From: an uncultured Clostridia bacterium
Lineage (GTDB): Bacteria > Bacillota > Clostridia > TANB77 > CAG-508
Reading direction: 5' to 3'
Length of the DNA stretch: 64,000 nucleotides
NCBI GenBank assembly: GCA_934120135.1
Contig: CAKOTK010000003.1
Location: forward strand, 83,691 to 147,690
The position numbers and the translations under genes are program-made. The notes below the pieces were generated by a model, which did not search any database, was not told the DNA's origin, and saw nothing but the letters and a program-made list of their open reading frames with translations. Positions 42,217 through 53,289 of the stretch are shown piece after piece (position 1 is the first letter of the stretch; each line of letters begins with the position of its first letter).

Positions 42217-44415
42217 TTATTTCTTTCTTTTAACTTCATAAACACTATCAACTTTTCTAATCTGTTTAAGTATTTTATTCAACTCTTCAATATTCTCAAC
42301 CTCAACAGTTACTTCTGTAATTGAAATCTTTTCTTTATTCGCTCTTGAAGTTACAGCTAATAGTTTGCTTTTCGTTCCTTCTATTTCTCTAATAATGTCT
42401 GCTAAAAGTCCACTTCTTTCATTTCCATAAACCTCTATATCAACACTATATCTAGTCTTTTCCGCTTCATACCAGTATACATCTATCATTCTGTTTTCTT
42501 CTGATAATAAATTATTTACATTTGCACAATCTTTTCTGTGTACTGATACACCTCTACCTTTTGTAATATATCCAACTATTTCGTCACCAGGAACTGGGTT
42601 ACAGCATTTTGATAATTTTACCAAGCAATTATCTATTCCTTTTACAACAATACCTGTTTTAGTTGCTTTTGGTTTATATGCTCTATCTTTAGAAAGCACC
42701 TCTAACTTTTCTTCTAGGTTTTCAGTTTGATGGTCTTTTCTATATTCTTCTAACATTCTAGCGACAACTTTACCAGCTGAAATAGCACCAAATCCAACAC
42801 TTGCATACATTTCATCTACTTCTGAATATTTGTATCTATCCAAAGCTGCTTGTATGTATTCCGACTTAGCAATTTCAGCATGTGTCATACCTATTTTCTT
42901 TATTTCTTTTTCTATTAAATCTTTACCTTTAACAATGTTTTCTTCTCTATCGTTTTTCTTGTACCAAGCTAAAATCTTATTTTTAGCTGTTGAACTTTTA
43001 ACAAATTTAAGCCAGTCTCTACTAGGTCCTTTTGACTGGTCTGAGGTGATAATTTCAACAATGTCTCCATTTTTTAATTGAGTTACTATTGGCATCATCT
43101 TACTATTTATCTTAGCACCAGTCATATGGTTGCCTATTTCAGCATGGATATAATATGCAAAATCTATTGGTGTACTACCTTTAGGTAAGGCAATAATTTT
43201 TCCCTTTGGAGTAAATACATAAACTTCGTCTTCAAAAAGCTCTGTTTTTAGTGTATTCAAAAACTCGTCTGGGTCTTGCATATCTTTTTGCCACTCTAAT
43301 GTTTCACGAAGCCATGAAAGTTTGTCTTCCTCGACTTTAACATTAGCTTTTTTATTTCCCATAAAGCTAGCCTCTTTATATGCCCAGTGTGCAGCAATAC
43401 CATACTCTGCTATACGGTGCATGTCCCATGTACGAATTTGCACCTCAAATGGTGTTCCTTTTGGTCCAATTAAAGTAGTATGCAAAGACTGATACATATT
43501 AGGCTTTGGCACTGAAATATAGTCTTTAAATCTTCCTGGCATTGGGCTATATAACTCATGTACTATACCTAATACTGCATAACAGTCTTTTATAGAGTTA
43601 ACTATTACCCTTAATGCAAACAAGTCATATACTTGATCTAAGGTAATATTATCTCTTTTCATTTTGCGGTAAATACTATATAAATGTTTTGCTCTTCCTG
43701 TAATTTCTGCTTCAATATGTTGTTTTTTTACTGACTGTTTTATTTGTTCCATAATCATATCAATAAATTGTAAACGTTCTTCTCTTTTACGGTCGATTCC
43801 TTCTACTAGTTCACGATATTCTTCTGGATATAGGTATTTAAAAGCTAAATCCTCTAGCTCCCATTTTAAAGAATACATACCTAAACGGTTTGCAAGTGGT
43901 GCATATAGCTCCATTGTTTCATTTGCATTAGCAATTTGTCTATCACGTGTTAGGAATTTTAATGTTCTCATATTATGAAGCCTATCAGCAAGTTTAATTA
44001 GTATAACTCTTATGTCTTTTCCCATTGCCAAGAACATTTTTCTATAATTTTCTACTTGTTGCTCTTCCATACTAGCATATTGAAGTTTACTAAGTTTAGT
44101 AACTCCATCTACTAGTTCTGCAATTTCTGCCCCAAATTCATTTTCCAAATCTTGTTTTGTAGTTTCTGTATCTTCTACTACATCATGCAAAAGGGCTGCA
44201 CATATTGTACTGTCATCCAAACCTAGAGTTGACAATATGTATGCAACTTGCACTGGGTGAATGATATATGGTTCTCCTGATTTTCTTAATTGCCCTTCGT
44301 GATGCGCCTTTGCATAATTATATACTTTTCTTATAAGTTTACTATCTGATTTTCTATTGTTCTTTTTAGTTGTATTTATTACATCTTCTATTGTCTTTTC
44401 TTGTATTTCTGACAT
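42217..44415 (-). CDS. relA: bifunctional (p)ppGpp synthetase/hydrolase RelA/SpoT homologue
   Basis: 732 aa; HD hydrolase domain, synthetase domain, TGS and ACT domains. Confidence 0.9.
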   Translation of the reverse strand: MSEIQEKTIEDVINTTKKNNRKSDSKLIRKVYNYAKAHHEGQLRKSGEPYIIHPVQVAYILSTLGLDDSTICAALLHDVVEDTETTKQDLENEFGAEIAELVDGVTKLSKLQYASMEEQQVENYRKMFLAMGKDIRVILIKLADRLHNMRTLKFLTRDRQIANANETMELYAPLANRLGMYSLKWELEDLAFKYLYPEEYRELVEGIDRKREERLQFIDMIMEQIKQSVKKQHIEAEITGRAKHLYSIYRKMKRDNITLDQVYDLFALRVIVNSIKDCYAVLGIVHELYSPMPGRFKDYISVPKPNMYQSLHTTLIGPKGTPFEVQIRTWDMHRIAEYGIAAHWAYKEASFMGNKKANVKVEEDKLSWLRETLEWQKDMQDPDEFLNTLKTELFEDEVYVFTPKGKIIALPKGSTPIDFAYYIHAEIGNHMTGAKINSKMMPIVTQLKNGDIVEIITSDQSKGPSRDWLKFVKSSTAKNKILAWYKKNDREENIVKGKDLIEKEIKKIGMTHAEIAKSEYIQAALDRYKYSEVDEMYASVGFGAISAGKVVARMLEEYRKDHQTENLEEKLEVLSKDRAYKPKATKTGIVVKGIDNCLVKLSKCCNPVPGDEIVGYITKGRGVSVHRKDCANVNNLLSEENRMIDVYWYEAEKTRYSVDIEVYGNERSGLLADIIREIEGTKSKLLAVTSRANKEKISITEVTVEVENIEELNKILKQIRKVDSVYEVKRKK

Positions 44416-44431
44416 GTGCTTCCCTCCTTTA

Positions 44432-46117
44432 TTAAATAGTTTTTCTTAAATCTTTTAAGTTTACTTGAATATTTTCATTTCCTCCAAATTGATTTACTTC
44501 TAAACTTCCAACAATATCAACTTTATCTCCAATTAAATATTTATCTGCTACTTCTCCCATATTAAATCCGATAGCATCTATCATATAATTGTCAATTCCA
44601 AGTTTCATTTTTATATGTTTTCCTTCAGACAAACTTCTTATTGATAATATTTTTAAGTTTTTAATTAAAAATACTGGCATTTTATTGCCTTCACCATATG
44701 GCTCTAATAGCTTTAATTCATTAACTTCTTGTATGTTTATTTTTTTTATATCTACTTGTTTATCAATTTGTATAATTGGTATTATATCACTAATATGGCT
44801 ATTTTGTGTATATTCTTCAAATTCTTTTTTAAATTTTTCAAAATTTTCTCTTTTAACATTTATGCCTATTGCCATACTATGTCCACCAAATTTTTCTACA
44901 TATGTATCACAATTCATTACAGCATCATGCAAGTTAAATCCTGGAATGCTTCTTCCTGAGCCTTTTCCTTCTTCTCCTTCAAAACAAATTAAAATACTTG
45001 GCTTAAAATATATATCTGTTACTTTTGATGCAACTATTCCAATTATTCCATGATGCCAACCTTCTTGTCCTAAAACAATACAAGATTTATCCTTTTCTCC
45101 ATTTTCAATTTGTTCTAAAGCTTGTTTAAATATTCTTTTTTCTGTTTCTTGTCTTTCTAGGTTATAATTGTTTAATCTTTCTGTTATTTCTTTAGCTTCA
45201 TGTAAGTCATTTGTTAGGAATAATCTTAAAGCTTCTTTTTCTTCTCCCATTCTACCACAAGCATTTATTCTTGGAGCTATACCAAAAGATATTGTAGTAG
45301 AATTTACTTCTTTATATCCTGTAGATGCAAGTAAAGTCCTTAAACCAATATTTTTTGATATTGGTACTAGCTTTAATCCTAATTTAGTAATTACTCTGTT
45401 TTCATCTACTAGTGGTACTATATCTGAAATAGTTCCAACACATACAATATCTAAATATTTTAAATATTCTTTATTATCTAAATTTAATTTAATTGAAATT
45501 GCCTGTATTAGCTTAAATACTACTCCAACACCTGCTAATTGATTAAATGGATATTGATTATCTTTTCTTTTTGCATCTACTACTGCTAAACATTTTGGCA
45601 ATTCTTCTGCTGGTTCATGGTGATCTGTAACTATTACTTCTAGTCCTAATTCTGTTGCATATTTAATCTCTTCTATACATGAAATTCCACAGTCTACGGT
45701 TATTATTAGTTTATACCCTTGTTCTGCAATTTTCTTTACAGCTTCTTTATTTAGTCCATAGCCTTCATTTAATCTATTTGGAATGTACTCTCCAACTTGT
45801 AAATTTCTTTCTTCTAAGAATTTCTTGAGTACAGTAATACTTGTTATTCCATCTACATCATAGTCTCCATATATAATGGTCTTTTCTTGTGTTTGTATTG
45901 CTTTTAAAATTCTATCTACTGCTTTTTCCATATCTGGCATTAGAAATGGATCATGAAAATCATCTCTTGTAGGATTTAAAAATTCTCTTACGTCTTCTTT
46001 TTCAATAATTCCTCTACTTGCTAATATACTACTAATTAAATTACTTAGCCCGTTCTCTTTAAATATTTTATCTATATCATTTTTATTTTCTTTGCATACT
46101 TCCCATTTTTTATTCAT
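44432..46117 (-). CDS. recJ: single-stranded-DNA-specific exonuclease RecJ
   Basis: 561 aa; DHH (IVTDHHEP) and DHHA1 domains; recJ-relA synteny. Confidence 0.9.
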   Translation of the reverse strand: MNKKWEVCKENKNDIDKIFKENGLSNLISSILASRGIIEKEDVREFLNPTRDDFHDPFLMPDMEKAVDRILKAIQTQEKTIIYGDYDVDGITSITVLKKFLEERNLQVGEYIPNRLNEGYGLNKEAVKKIAEQGYKLIITVDCGISCIEEIKYATELGLEVIVTDHHEPAEELPKCLAVVDAKRKDNQYPFNQLAGVGVVFKLIQAISIKLNLDNKEYLKYLDIVCVGTISDIVPLVDENRVITKLGLKLVPISKNIGLRTLLASTGYKEVNSTTISFGIAPRINACGRMGEEKEALRLFLTNDLHEAKEITERLNNYNLERQETEKRIFKQALEQIENGEKDKSCIVLGQEGWHHGIIGIVASKVTDIYFKPSILICFEGEEGKGSGRSIPGFNLHDAVMNCDTYVEKFGGHSMAIGINVKRENFEKFKKEFEEYTQNSHISDIIPIIQIDKQVDIKKINIQEVNELKLLEPYGEGNKMPVFLIKNLKILSIRSLSEGKHIKMKLGIDNYMIDAIGFNMGEVADKYLIGDKVDIVGSLEVNQFGGNENIQVNLKDLRKTI

Positions 46118-46203
46118 TAATTTCTCCTAATATATTTACAGTTTGTATTATTTTACAACAAATTTAAGACTTTTTAAAGAGAAAGTATAAAATTTGCATA
46201 ATT

Positions 46204-46905
46204 TTAGGTAAAAATTATGCAAATAACTGAATAAATTATTATTTTTATAAGATTTTTTGTGATTAAGGTATAGTTATATAGTTTTATTCCTATATTGTTT
46301 ATTTCGTCATAATTGTTTAATATTGTTTCTTGTTCTTTTTCTGTAAGATTTCCTTCTCTTTTTAAATATTGTTCTGCTAATGGTTTTGCTTTTGTCATTG
46401 CATCCATTTCTAAATAGCTTCTAATTATGTAATTTATAAAGCTAAATATAGCTAAAGCAAATAAAGCTATATTTGGAAGCGGATTTATTTTTAATATTGC
46501 TAAAATGCATATTACAATAAAATATATAAAATAAATGTTAGAAAATATGAAGTTAAAAAGCAAAGTTCTTTTATTTTGAATAGAATGTAAACATTCATGT
46601 GCTACTGTTTGAACTCTTGTAAAGGTATTTTTTATGTTTGCTATTATGATTGAATTTGAAAGTACCATATATAGACTTGCTTGATTACTTTCACTTTCTT
46701 CTATTTTCACATTTTCATTATTAAGCATTTTTAAGATACTTTTGCAAATTTCTTTATTTTCAGGTAGTTTATTTGTTATATCATTTAATTTTTTATCATA
46801 CCCTAATTCTTTTAACTTTTTTATATCTTTTATTTTTATGCTCCATGCAAATTTTAAAATTATCATAGTAAGCACACATATACAAATTATAAAAATATAT
46901 TCCAT
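46204..46905 (-). CDS. polytopic membrane protein with HExxH motif (putative zinc metallopeptidase)
   Basis: 233 aa; AHECLHSIQN between TM helices; no further family assignment possible. Confidence 0.35.
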   Translation of the reverse strand: MEYIFIICICVLTMIILKFAWSIKIKDIKKLKELGYDKKLNDITNKLPENKEICKSILKMLNNENVKIEESESNQASLYMVLSNSIIIANIKNTFTRVQTVAHECLHSIQNKRTLLFNFIFSNIYFIYFIVICILAILKINPLPNIALFALAIFSFINYIIRSYLEMDAMTKAKPLAEQYLKREGNLTEKEQETILNNYDEINNIGIKLYNYTLITKNLIKIIIYSVICIIFT

Positions 46906-46982
46906 TTTCTTTCCTCTTTTCTATACAATAAAAAAGTCGTTAAAAAAGCCTTTATTTATAGCTTCCTTAACGACAATTTTTC

Positions 46983-47315
46983 TTATAATACATCTTTTAT
47001 TGCTTCAGCAATTATTTTATTTACATCTGCTATCATAATATTAAACTTCACTTCTAAATCAAAGTATTCTTTAATATCTTTGTTTTCTACTAAGGTCATA
47101 TACATCTCTTCTAGTTTTTTATTTTTCTCTTCATCTTTTGCTTCTCCTGCATATGCCATTAGTTGAACTTCATATCTTAGTTTTTCAAAATCTTCTACTT
47201 TTTGCTTTTTTTCTGGATCATTGTGTATTTCGTCTTTTCTCTTTTTGTATAATTTGAATTCTTCGGAATCTCTTATCTCTTGTGCTAAACGGTTTGCTGT
47301 ATCATATACTTGCAT
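46983..47315 (-). CDS. UPF0342 (YheA/YmcA-like) family protein
   Basis: 110 aa; MQVYDTANRLAQEIRDSEEFKLYKK... matches YheA-type pattern (xxYDxAxxLxxxIxxSEEY). Confidence 0.6.
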   Translation of the reverse strand: MQVYDTANRLAQEIRDSEEFKLYKKRKDEIHNDPEKKQKVEDFEKLRYEVQLMAYAGEAKDEEKNKKLEEMYMTLVENKDIKEYFDLEVKFNIMIADVNKIIAEAIKDVL

Positions 47316-47333
47316 AACTCTTCCTCCTTATAT

Positions 47334-48626
47334 TTATGCATAAGCATGTTTCTTCTGAAAACTAAGTAAATTTGTAATTTCTGTTTCTGTGTTGCCTGCT
47401 TTTTTAGCCTTTTTAGCATTTTCTTGTGCAATTTCTTGTTTTTGTTTTTCAGCAACAGTTTTGCAAATTGCTTTTTCATATATATAATGTGTATCTTGAG
47501 CAATTTTAGTCCAGTTAAATTCTTCCTTAACTTTTTGTTTAGCTTTTTTAGCCATATTAGTTGCTAATTGTTTATCATATAATACTGTTAACACTGAATC
47601 GGCTATTGAGTTTGGATTTCCAGCATAGCTTTTCATTCCATTTACTCCGTGGTCTACTATTTCATCCAAACCACCAACATCTGAAACTACTGTTGGAACT
47701 CCTGCTAACATTCCTTCTAATGCAACAATTCCAAATGGTTCATATGTACTTGGGAATACTGCTACATCAGCACATTTATATATTTTTTGTACTTGTTTTG
47801 AATTTAAATATCCTGTAAAATATACCTTATTTGCAATACCCATTGCTTCAGCTTGTGCTTTTAAATCATCTAGCATTCCTCCTTTTCCTGCAATTACAAG
47901 TTTTACATCATTATATCCTTGTAATATTTTTGGCATTGCTGATATTAAATGTTGAATTCCTTTTTCATATACTAATCTTCCAACATATAGAATAATTTTT
48001 TCATTATCCATTGCATATTGTCTTCTAAATTCGTAATCTCTTTCAATTCCATTAAAGTTAGTTAAGTTAATTCCATTTGGTATTACATTTATTTTATCAA
48101 AAGGAAGTCCAAATAGGCTTTGAACATGTCCTTTCATAAAATTACTGTTTACTATTACTTCTGTTGCTTCATATGTTAATAACCATTCTGTGTCATTTAT
48201 ATATCTTTGTGATTCATTATGAATTCCAGAATTTCTTCCAGCTTCTGTTGCATGTATTGTTGCAACTAGTGGTATTCCAAATGATTGTTTTAAAGTTTTA
48301 GCACTTGATGCAACTAACCAATCATGTGCATGTATAACATCAAACTTTCCATTTTTATTTATTAGTTCTGTAGCTTTTGCTACCATGTTGAAGTTTAATT
48401 GTAATGTCCAGTCTATAAAGCTATTTGGATGTATCATGTAATTTTCTACACGATATACCTCTACTCCTTTATCATTTTCGTACTCTGGTAAGTCACCTTC
48501 TTTATATGTAATAACTGTTACTTCATGTCCATCTTTAATCAATCTTTTTGATAAATCGTGGACAACTCTAGCAATTCCTCCTACTATTCTTGGTGGATAT
48601 TCCCATGTTAACATCAATATTTTCAT
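47334..48626 (-). CDS. glycosyltransferase family 4 (alpha-glucan/glycogen synthase-like)
   Basis: Start at MKILMLTWEYPP; GT-B fold with EYPPxxGG and E-x7-E-like C-terminal motifs; K/A/Q-rich C-terminal extension. Confidence 0.7.
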   Translation of the reverse strand: MKILMLTWEYPPRIVGGIARVVHDLSKRLIKDGHEVTVITYKEGDLPEYENDKGVEVYRVENYMIHPNSFIDWTLQLNFNMVAKATELINKNGKFDVIHAHDWLVASSAKTLKQSFGIPLVATIHATEAGRNSGIHNESQRYINDTEWLLTYEATEVIVNSNFMKGHVQSLFGLPFDKINVIPNGINLTNFNGIERDYEFRRQYAMDNEKIILYVGRLVYEKGIQHLISAMPKILQGYNDVKLVIAGKGGMLDDLKAQAEAMGIANKVYFTGYLNSKQVQKIYKCADVAVFPSTYEPFGIVALEGMLAGVPTVVSDVGGLDEIVDHGVNGMKSYAGNPNSIADSVLTVLYDKQLATNMAKKAKQKVKEEFNWTKIAQDTHYIYEKAICKTVAEKQKQEIAQENAKKAKKAGNTETEITNLLSFQKKHAYA

Positions 48627-48766
48627 TGGAAAACTAGCCCCTTTCTCCATTACTTTTTTCTTTTGATATACATTATTTTTCTTTTAACTATTTTATATAA
48701 TTTTTTAACAAAAGTAAACATTTTTTTACAAAATATTTCATTATTTATGTTTTTTTAATTAAAATT

Positions 48767-48787
48767 AGCCAAGTACTTTACTTGGCT
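48767..48787. terminator. hairpin terminator downstream of pilin-like gene 1
   Basis: AGCCAAGTA-cttta-CTTGGCT with flanking T-runs. Confidence 0.5.
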
Positions 48788-48811
48788 TTTTTATATAAAA
48801 TATATAAATTA

Positions 48812-49465
48812 TTATTTTCCTTTTAAAATTTCAATATTAGCAGTTTGAGCAAAATTTTTAATTAATATTAAACCGTCCTCTGTAACTTCTGCATCTATTG
48901 CTGTCCAGCTATTATCTATTAGTACTTTGCATATTACAGAATCCCCCTGTTTGAAGCCTGGAACATCTATGTATAATTGATTTATAAAAATTCCTTCAGC
49001 TAATTTTATTTTAATTGTTCCAAAAATGTCGTATCCATTGATCTTTTCTACTTTAACATTTTCGTCTGTTTTCTCTATTGTAGCATATGGTTCAGAATTA
49101 TTAATTTCTATAGTTGTCCCATCAGTTGTTGTTATTGTTCCATTTAGCAGCTTTAATACTTTAGTTATTCCATATCCCTGTCCGAAGCCTTCACTAATAT
49201 CATAATCTTCTTTTTCTTCTGTATACTCATTCATCCAATTTTCCAATGCATTTATTTCATTCATGTCTTTTTGTACACTTTCATTTGCTTTGTTTTGTGC
49301 TGATTGTGCTTTTTTTATTATTCCACTGTCACTAAATACTGCGTTTATTGTTACTCCTGCTAGTATTAAAAGCACCACAATGGTTACAACTAAAGCTATT
49401 AGTGTGATACCTGATTGCTTTGAATAGCATTCTTTACTGCTTATTAATTTTGAACTTACTTTCAT
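48812..49465 (-). CDS. prepilin-type N-terminal domain protein (pilin/pseudopilin-like) paralogue 1
   Basis: Start at MKVSSK (RBS GGAGGA). N-terminus KQSG-ITLIALVVTIVVLLILAGV resembles class III prepilin signal (G at -1, hydrophobic helix) but Ala replaces Glu at +5. N-terminal about 80 aa near-identical to paralogue 2. Confidence 0.5.
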   Translation of the reverse strand: MKVSSKLISSKECYSKQSGITLIALVVTIVVLLILAGVTINAVFSDSGIIKKAQSAQNKANESVQKDMNEINALENWMNEYTEEKEDYDISEGFGQGYGITKVLKLLNGTITTTDGTTIEINNSEPYATIEKTDENVKVEKINGYDIFGTIKIKLAEGIFINQLYIDVPGFKQGDSVICKVLIDNSWTAIDAEVTEDGLILIKNFAQTANIEILKGK

Positions 49466-49658
49466 TTTTTCTTTTTCCTCCTTCAATTTTTTTAAATCCA
49501 TTTTTACCCCTCCCTTTTGTTTTTAATTTTTAAAGAAGCACATTTTATTTTTCAATACAAAAAGGACAGGTTGCCTAAACAATTTCATGTTTAGGACCTG
49601 TCCTATGTATGCTAAATAAAGCTAATTTCTTAGCTTGGTTGTTATTTATTAATGTTGT

Positions 49659-49695
<37 letters not shown>

Positions 49696-49864
49696 CCTGC
49701 AAAGGTTTTAGCTTTTTTCATTTTTCGTGCCTCTTTCTTACTTTTCTTTGGATTTCGTTCTGTGATTATGATAATATAACTTTCCCAATTTTGCAATAGT
49801 TTCTATTAATTTAATCTAAATAATTTTTTTGAAGCTTTTCGTTTTACTATTACTATTTTCTACG

Positions 49865-50356
49865 TTATACTAATTTTTCTATCTCTTCTTTTGTTAATCC
49901 TGTAATTTCAATAATGTCCGATATGCTCATTCCTTTTTTTAGCATATTTTTTGCTATTTGTATTTTTTCCTCTTTCACTCCCTTTACAATGCCTTCTTTT
50001 ATTCCCTCTTTTTTACCATCTCTTTTTGCTTCATACATCATTTGCTCATGGTTTATTCGTTCTAATTCTGCTTTAAATGCCATTCTTCTCAATACATCAT
50101 CTTGACTCATTCTGTCTAGTTCTTTTTTTGCTTCTTTGATATTTTCGTTCTCTTCCATTTTTCGTGTCACCCTCTCACTCTCCAGTTTTTCTAAAAATAC
50201 TAGCCAATCTAATAGCTGATCTTTTTCGTTTTCTCTACCCTTTATCTTTAACAATTCAATTATATCAAGCTCGAATTTATCTGTCAATATTAATCTTTTT
50301 GTTATATTATACTTAATTGCATTTTGCAAGTAAAATCGTATGTCAAATTTCGACAT
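49865..50356 (-). CDS. Rpn/YhgA-like (PD-(D/E)XK transposase_31 family) C-terminal fragment; nuclease domain missing
   Basis: 163 aa ending in KEGIKEGIVKGVKEEKIQIAKNMLKKGMSISDIIEITGLTKEEIEKL, the characteristic Rpn-family C-terminal region. Full-length members are about 300 aa. Confidence 0.5.
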   Translation of the reverse strand: MSKFDIRFYLQNAIKYNITKRLILTDKFELDIIELLKIKGRENEKDQLLDWLVFLEKLESERVTRKMEENENIKEAKKELDRMSQDDVLRRMAFKAELERINHEQMMYEAKRDGKKEGIKEGIVKGVKEEKIQIAKNMLKKGMSISDIIEITGLTKEEIEKLV

Positions 50357-50360
50357 ATTT

Positions 50361-52019
50361 TTACAGATTGTTCATTTGTTCTAAGGTTACTACTTCTACT
50401 GTTGTTTTACTCGTGTCATAGCAACCTTCTAGTTTCGCTTTTATTTCTTCACTTAAGACATATATTTTTGAATTTGAAGCTATGTTATTAAATACATTAT
50501 TTTCAACCTCAAACTTATTAGCATCTGTTGCAAGTATTTTTACTTTTGTTAGGTTAGCACATCCTGCAAATGCATCATAGCTTATTTTTGTTATTGTACT
50601 TGGTATTGTTATAGTTTTTAAATTAGAGCAAAACCTAAACATACTCATTGCAATTTCTGTTATATTCCAATTTAATATTGCTGACACGTCTTCGAGTTTG
50701 ATACAATTATAAAATATACCAGTCATATCAGTTACATTTCCTACATTCCAATTTGATATTGCAGACAGATTTGTAAATGCACATCCAGCATCATCACCAT
50801 CTCCAAACATACTCTCCATGTTAGTAACATTAGATGTATTCCAATTTCTTAGACCATCTATATTAGTCAAATTATCATTTCCTGCAAACATGCCACTCAT
50901 ATTTTTAACTTTAGAAGTGTCCCAATTTAATAATGCATTCACATTTGATAAACTCTGTCCATTCCCCCATCTATAAAACATACAACTCATATTTTCAACT
51001 TTACTTGTATTCCAACCAGATAATGCGTCTATATTACTTAATTGTGTTCCTACTGAATAAAACATATGACTCATATTCACAACATAATCTGTTTTCATAT
51101 CTTTTAGTCCATCTATATTAGTTAAATATGGAAGACCTGCAAACATTTGTGAACTATCTGTATTTAGATACACACTATTCCCTTCACTCCACCAGTATAT
51201 TTTTCCTGTTTCTACTTTTTTATTATTTGTATCTTCTTCCAGTCCTAATTGTCCAACTTCGTTTCTTATTTCTGTTTTTCCACTCTTTTCAGCCCACATA
51301 TATATTGGAAAGCTTGATTCTTCTAATGATACTATATTTGCTTCTGTTAGTTTAGTTAAATCTGGAACACCATTATATTTTTCTATTGCATTTATCGAAA
51401 GATTACAACTATAATCCAAATTCAAAACGTTACTAATCGTTCCTTCAGGCATAAGATTATACATTTTGTCCCTTACATTTTTTCCAGTATCAAACATTGC
51501 TACTTTGCTTACTGCTATTAATGTTTTTGTTATCCATGTTGTTGAATCTACAATAACTATATATTCAGAATCTTTATATGTAAATTCTATCTTTATATTA
51601 TTATTATCTTGTGAATATTCCTTAAAGCTTATACTTGTCTCTGCATCTGGTATTATATCATTTCCAATAAACTTAAAACTTGTAGGCGCATTAGAAATAT
51701 CTACTATTGTTGTTCCTAATATTCCTTTTTTATCTTCACCTAAGAAATATCTTTCTAATTCGTCTGGTACTGCTTCTTCTGTTGTTTTATCTGTTAAGCT
51801 ACTTATTAATTTTTCTAAATTATTTAGTCCTTCTAAATCATTATTTCGTGCTTCATCCATTTTGTTTTGAGCATCTTTTGCCTTTTGAATTAATCCATTT
51901 TCTCCAAATATTGCATTCAAGCTCACTCCCGCTAGAATTAACAAAACCACAATTGTTACTACTAGAGCTATTAGTGTAATACCTTTTTGCTTTGAATAAT
52001 TCTTCTTGTTTAATTTCAT
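50361..52019 (-). CDS. prepilin-type N-terminal domain fused to DUF285/BspA-like repeat surface protein, paralogue 2
   Basis: Start at MKLNKK (RBS AAGGGAG). Same KQKG-ITLIALVVTIVVLLILAGV N-terminus. C-terminal half has at least 6 repeats of the W(N/D)TSxVxNMSxMF motif typical of DUF285/Mycoplasma-type LRR adhesin repeats. Confidence 0.55.
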   Translation of the reverse strand: MKLNKKNYSKQKGITLIALVVTIVVLLILAGVSLNAIFGENGLIQKAKDAQNKMDEARNNDLEGLNNLEKLISSLTDKTTEEAVPDELERYFLGEDKKGILGTTIVDISNAPTSFKFIGNDIIPDAETSISFKEYSQDNNNIKIEFTYKDSEYIVIVDSTTWITKTLIAVSKVAMFDTGKNVRDKMYNLMPEGTISNVLNLDYSCNLSINAIEKYNGVPDLTKLTEANIVSLEESSFPIYMWAEKSGKTEIRNEVGQLGLEEDTNNKKVETGKIYWWSEGNSVYLNTDSSQMFAGLPYLTNIDGLKDMKTDYVVNMSHMFYSVGTQLSNIDALSGWNTSKVENMSCMFYRWGNGQSLSNVNALLNWDTSKVKNMSGMFAGNDNLTNIDGLRNWNTSNVTNMESMFGDGDDAGCAFTNLSAISNWNVGNVTDMTGIFYNCIKLEDVSAILNWNITEIAMSMFRFCSNLKTITIPSTITKISYDAFAGCANLTKVKILATDANKFEVENNVFNNIASNSKIYVLSEEIKAKLEGCYDTSKTTVEVVTLEQMNNL

Positions 52020-52280
52020 TCTACTTTCTCCCTTCTTTCTATGGAGCATATTGTGCTCCGCTATAATTTCTCATAGATTATTTAACACTATCATTTATTT
52101 TTAAAATTTAAAAATCCTTTTTCTTTTTCCCTCCTTCTTTTTTGTTTTAAAAAGAAGCACATAAATTAGTTATAACAATACAAAAAGACAGGTACTAAAT
52201 ATTTTCATATTTAATATCTGTCTTTAATATGCTTAATAAAGCTAATTGCTTAGCTTGGTTGTTATTTGTTAATGTTGTGG

Positions 52281-52302
52281 CTCTCTCTCTCTCTCTCTCT
52301 CT
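52281..52302. repeat. (CT)11 / (GA)11 dinucleotide microsatellite in conserved leader upstream of pilin-like gene 2
   Basis: 22-nt perfect CT repeat; see 49661-49692. Confidence 0.9.
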
Positions 52303-52495
52303 ACTCCTACAAAGGTTTTAGCTTTTTTCATTTTTCGTGCCTCTTTCTTACTTTTCTTTGGATTTTATTCTGTGATTATGATAATATAACTTTTAAAAAT
52401 TTTCAATACTTTTTTGCAATTTTCTCTTGAATTTATTTGCGTTTTGATATAGTATAATATAGATATAAATGTTCGAAATATAAACGGAGGATAAG

Positions 52496-53287
52496 ATGCC
52501 AAGAAAAGCTAAAGAAGAAATAATTGAAGAGAAAAAAATAGGTACTAAGAATCCTGCTAAAGTTACCACCTCAAAGGCTGTAGACAAAAAAAGTACTACT
52601 AAAAAAGCCAGTGCTAAGAAATCTACTGCTAAAAAAACTACAAGTTCAAAAACAACTGCTAAGAAATCTACCACAAGAAAAACAACTACTAAAAAATCTT
52701 CAAGCAAAAAGTTACCTATTTTAGAATATTATGATTTGCCTAATTTATACAATCAAACTATTGTAAAAATATTAGCACAAACTCCTACTATACTATTTGT
52801 ATATTGGGACATTTCTGATGAAGATAGACAAATGTATTTAGAAAAATATGGAGAAGATTTTTTTAATAACACTATTCCATATTTAACAGTAACAAATCAA
52901 ACTAAAAACTATTCTTTTGAAGTAGAAATAAATGATTATGCTAACAGTTGGTATATCAATATTCCAGATAGCGATTGCAAATATGATGTGGTTTTATTTA
53001 GAAAGCCTAAAAATGCAGAAATTCATCAAGAAAATGTTTATATAACTTCTTCTAATGATTTACAAACACCTAATGATCATATTTTATTTGATACTTTAGG
53101 AAAAACTGTATTTTTTAAAAATGTAAAAACTAATGAAATTACATCAAAAGATACTTCTTCTTTATCATTTATGAATAACATTGGTAGAATATATAACATT
53201 TATGATTTATATAAAGAGATTTACAAAAATGAATTATTAGAAGACAAATTAAATGCACATTTAACTTCTTCTAAAATGTCTTCTTAA
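52496..53287 (+). CDS. DUF4912-family protein with K/T/S-rich histone-H1-like N-terminal tail
   Basis: 263 aa; N-terminal KKSTTKKASAKKSTAKKTTSSK low-complexity region then a globular domain; immediately followed by and translationally coupled to a GH57 gene, as DUF4912 genes often are. Confidence 0.5.
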   Translation: MPRKAKEEIIEEKKIGTKNPAKVTTSKAVDKKSTTKKASAKKSTAKKTTSSKTTAKKSTTRKTTTKKSSSKKLPILEYYDLPNLYNQTIVKILAQTPTILFVYWDISDEDRQMYLEKYGEDFFNNTIPYLTVTNQTKNYSFEVEINDYANSWYINIPDSDCKYDVVLFRKPKNAEIHQENVYITSSNDLQTPNDHILFDTLGKTVFFKNVKTNEITSKDTSSLSFMNNIGRIYNIYDLYKEIYKNELLEDKLNAHLTSSKMSS

Positions 53288-53289
53288 GA

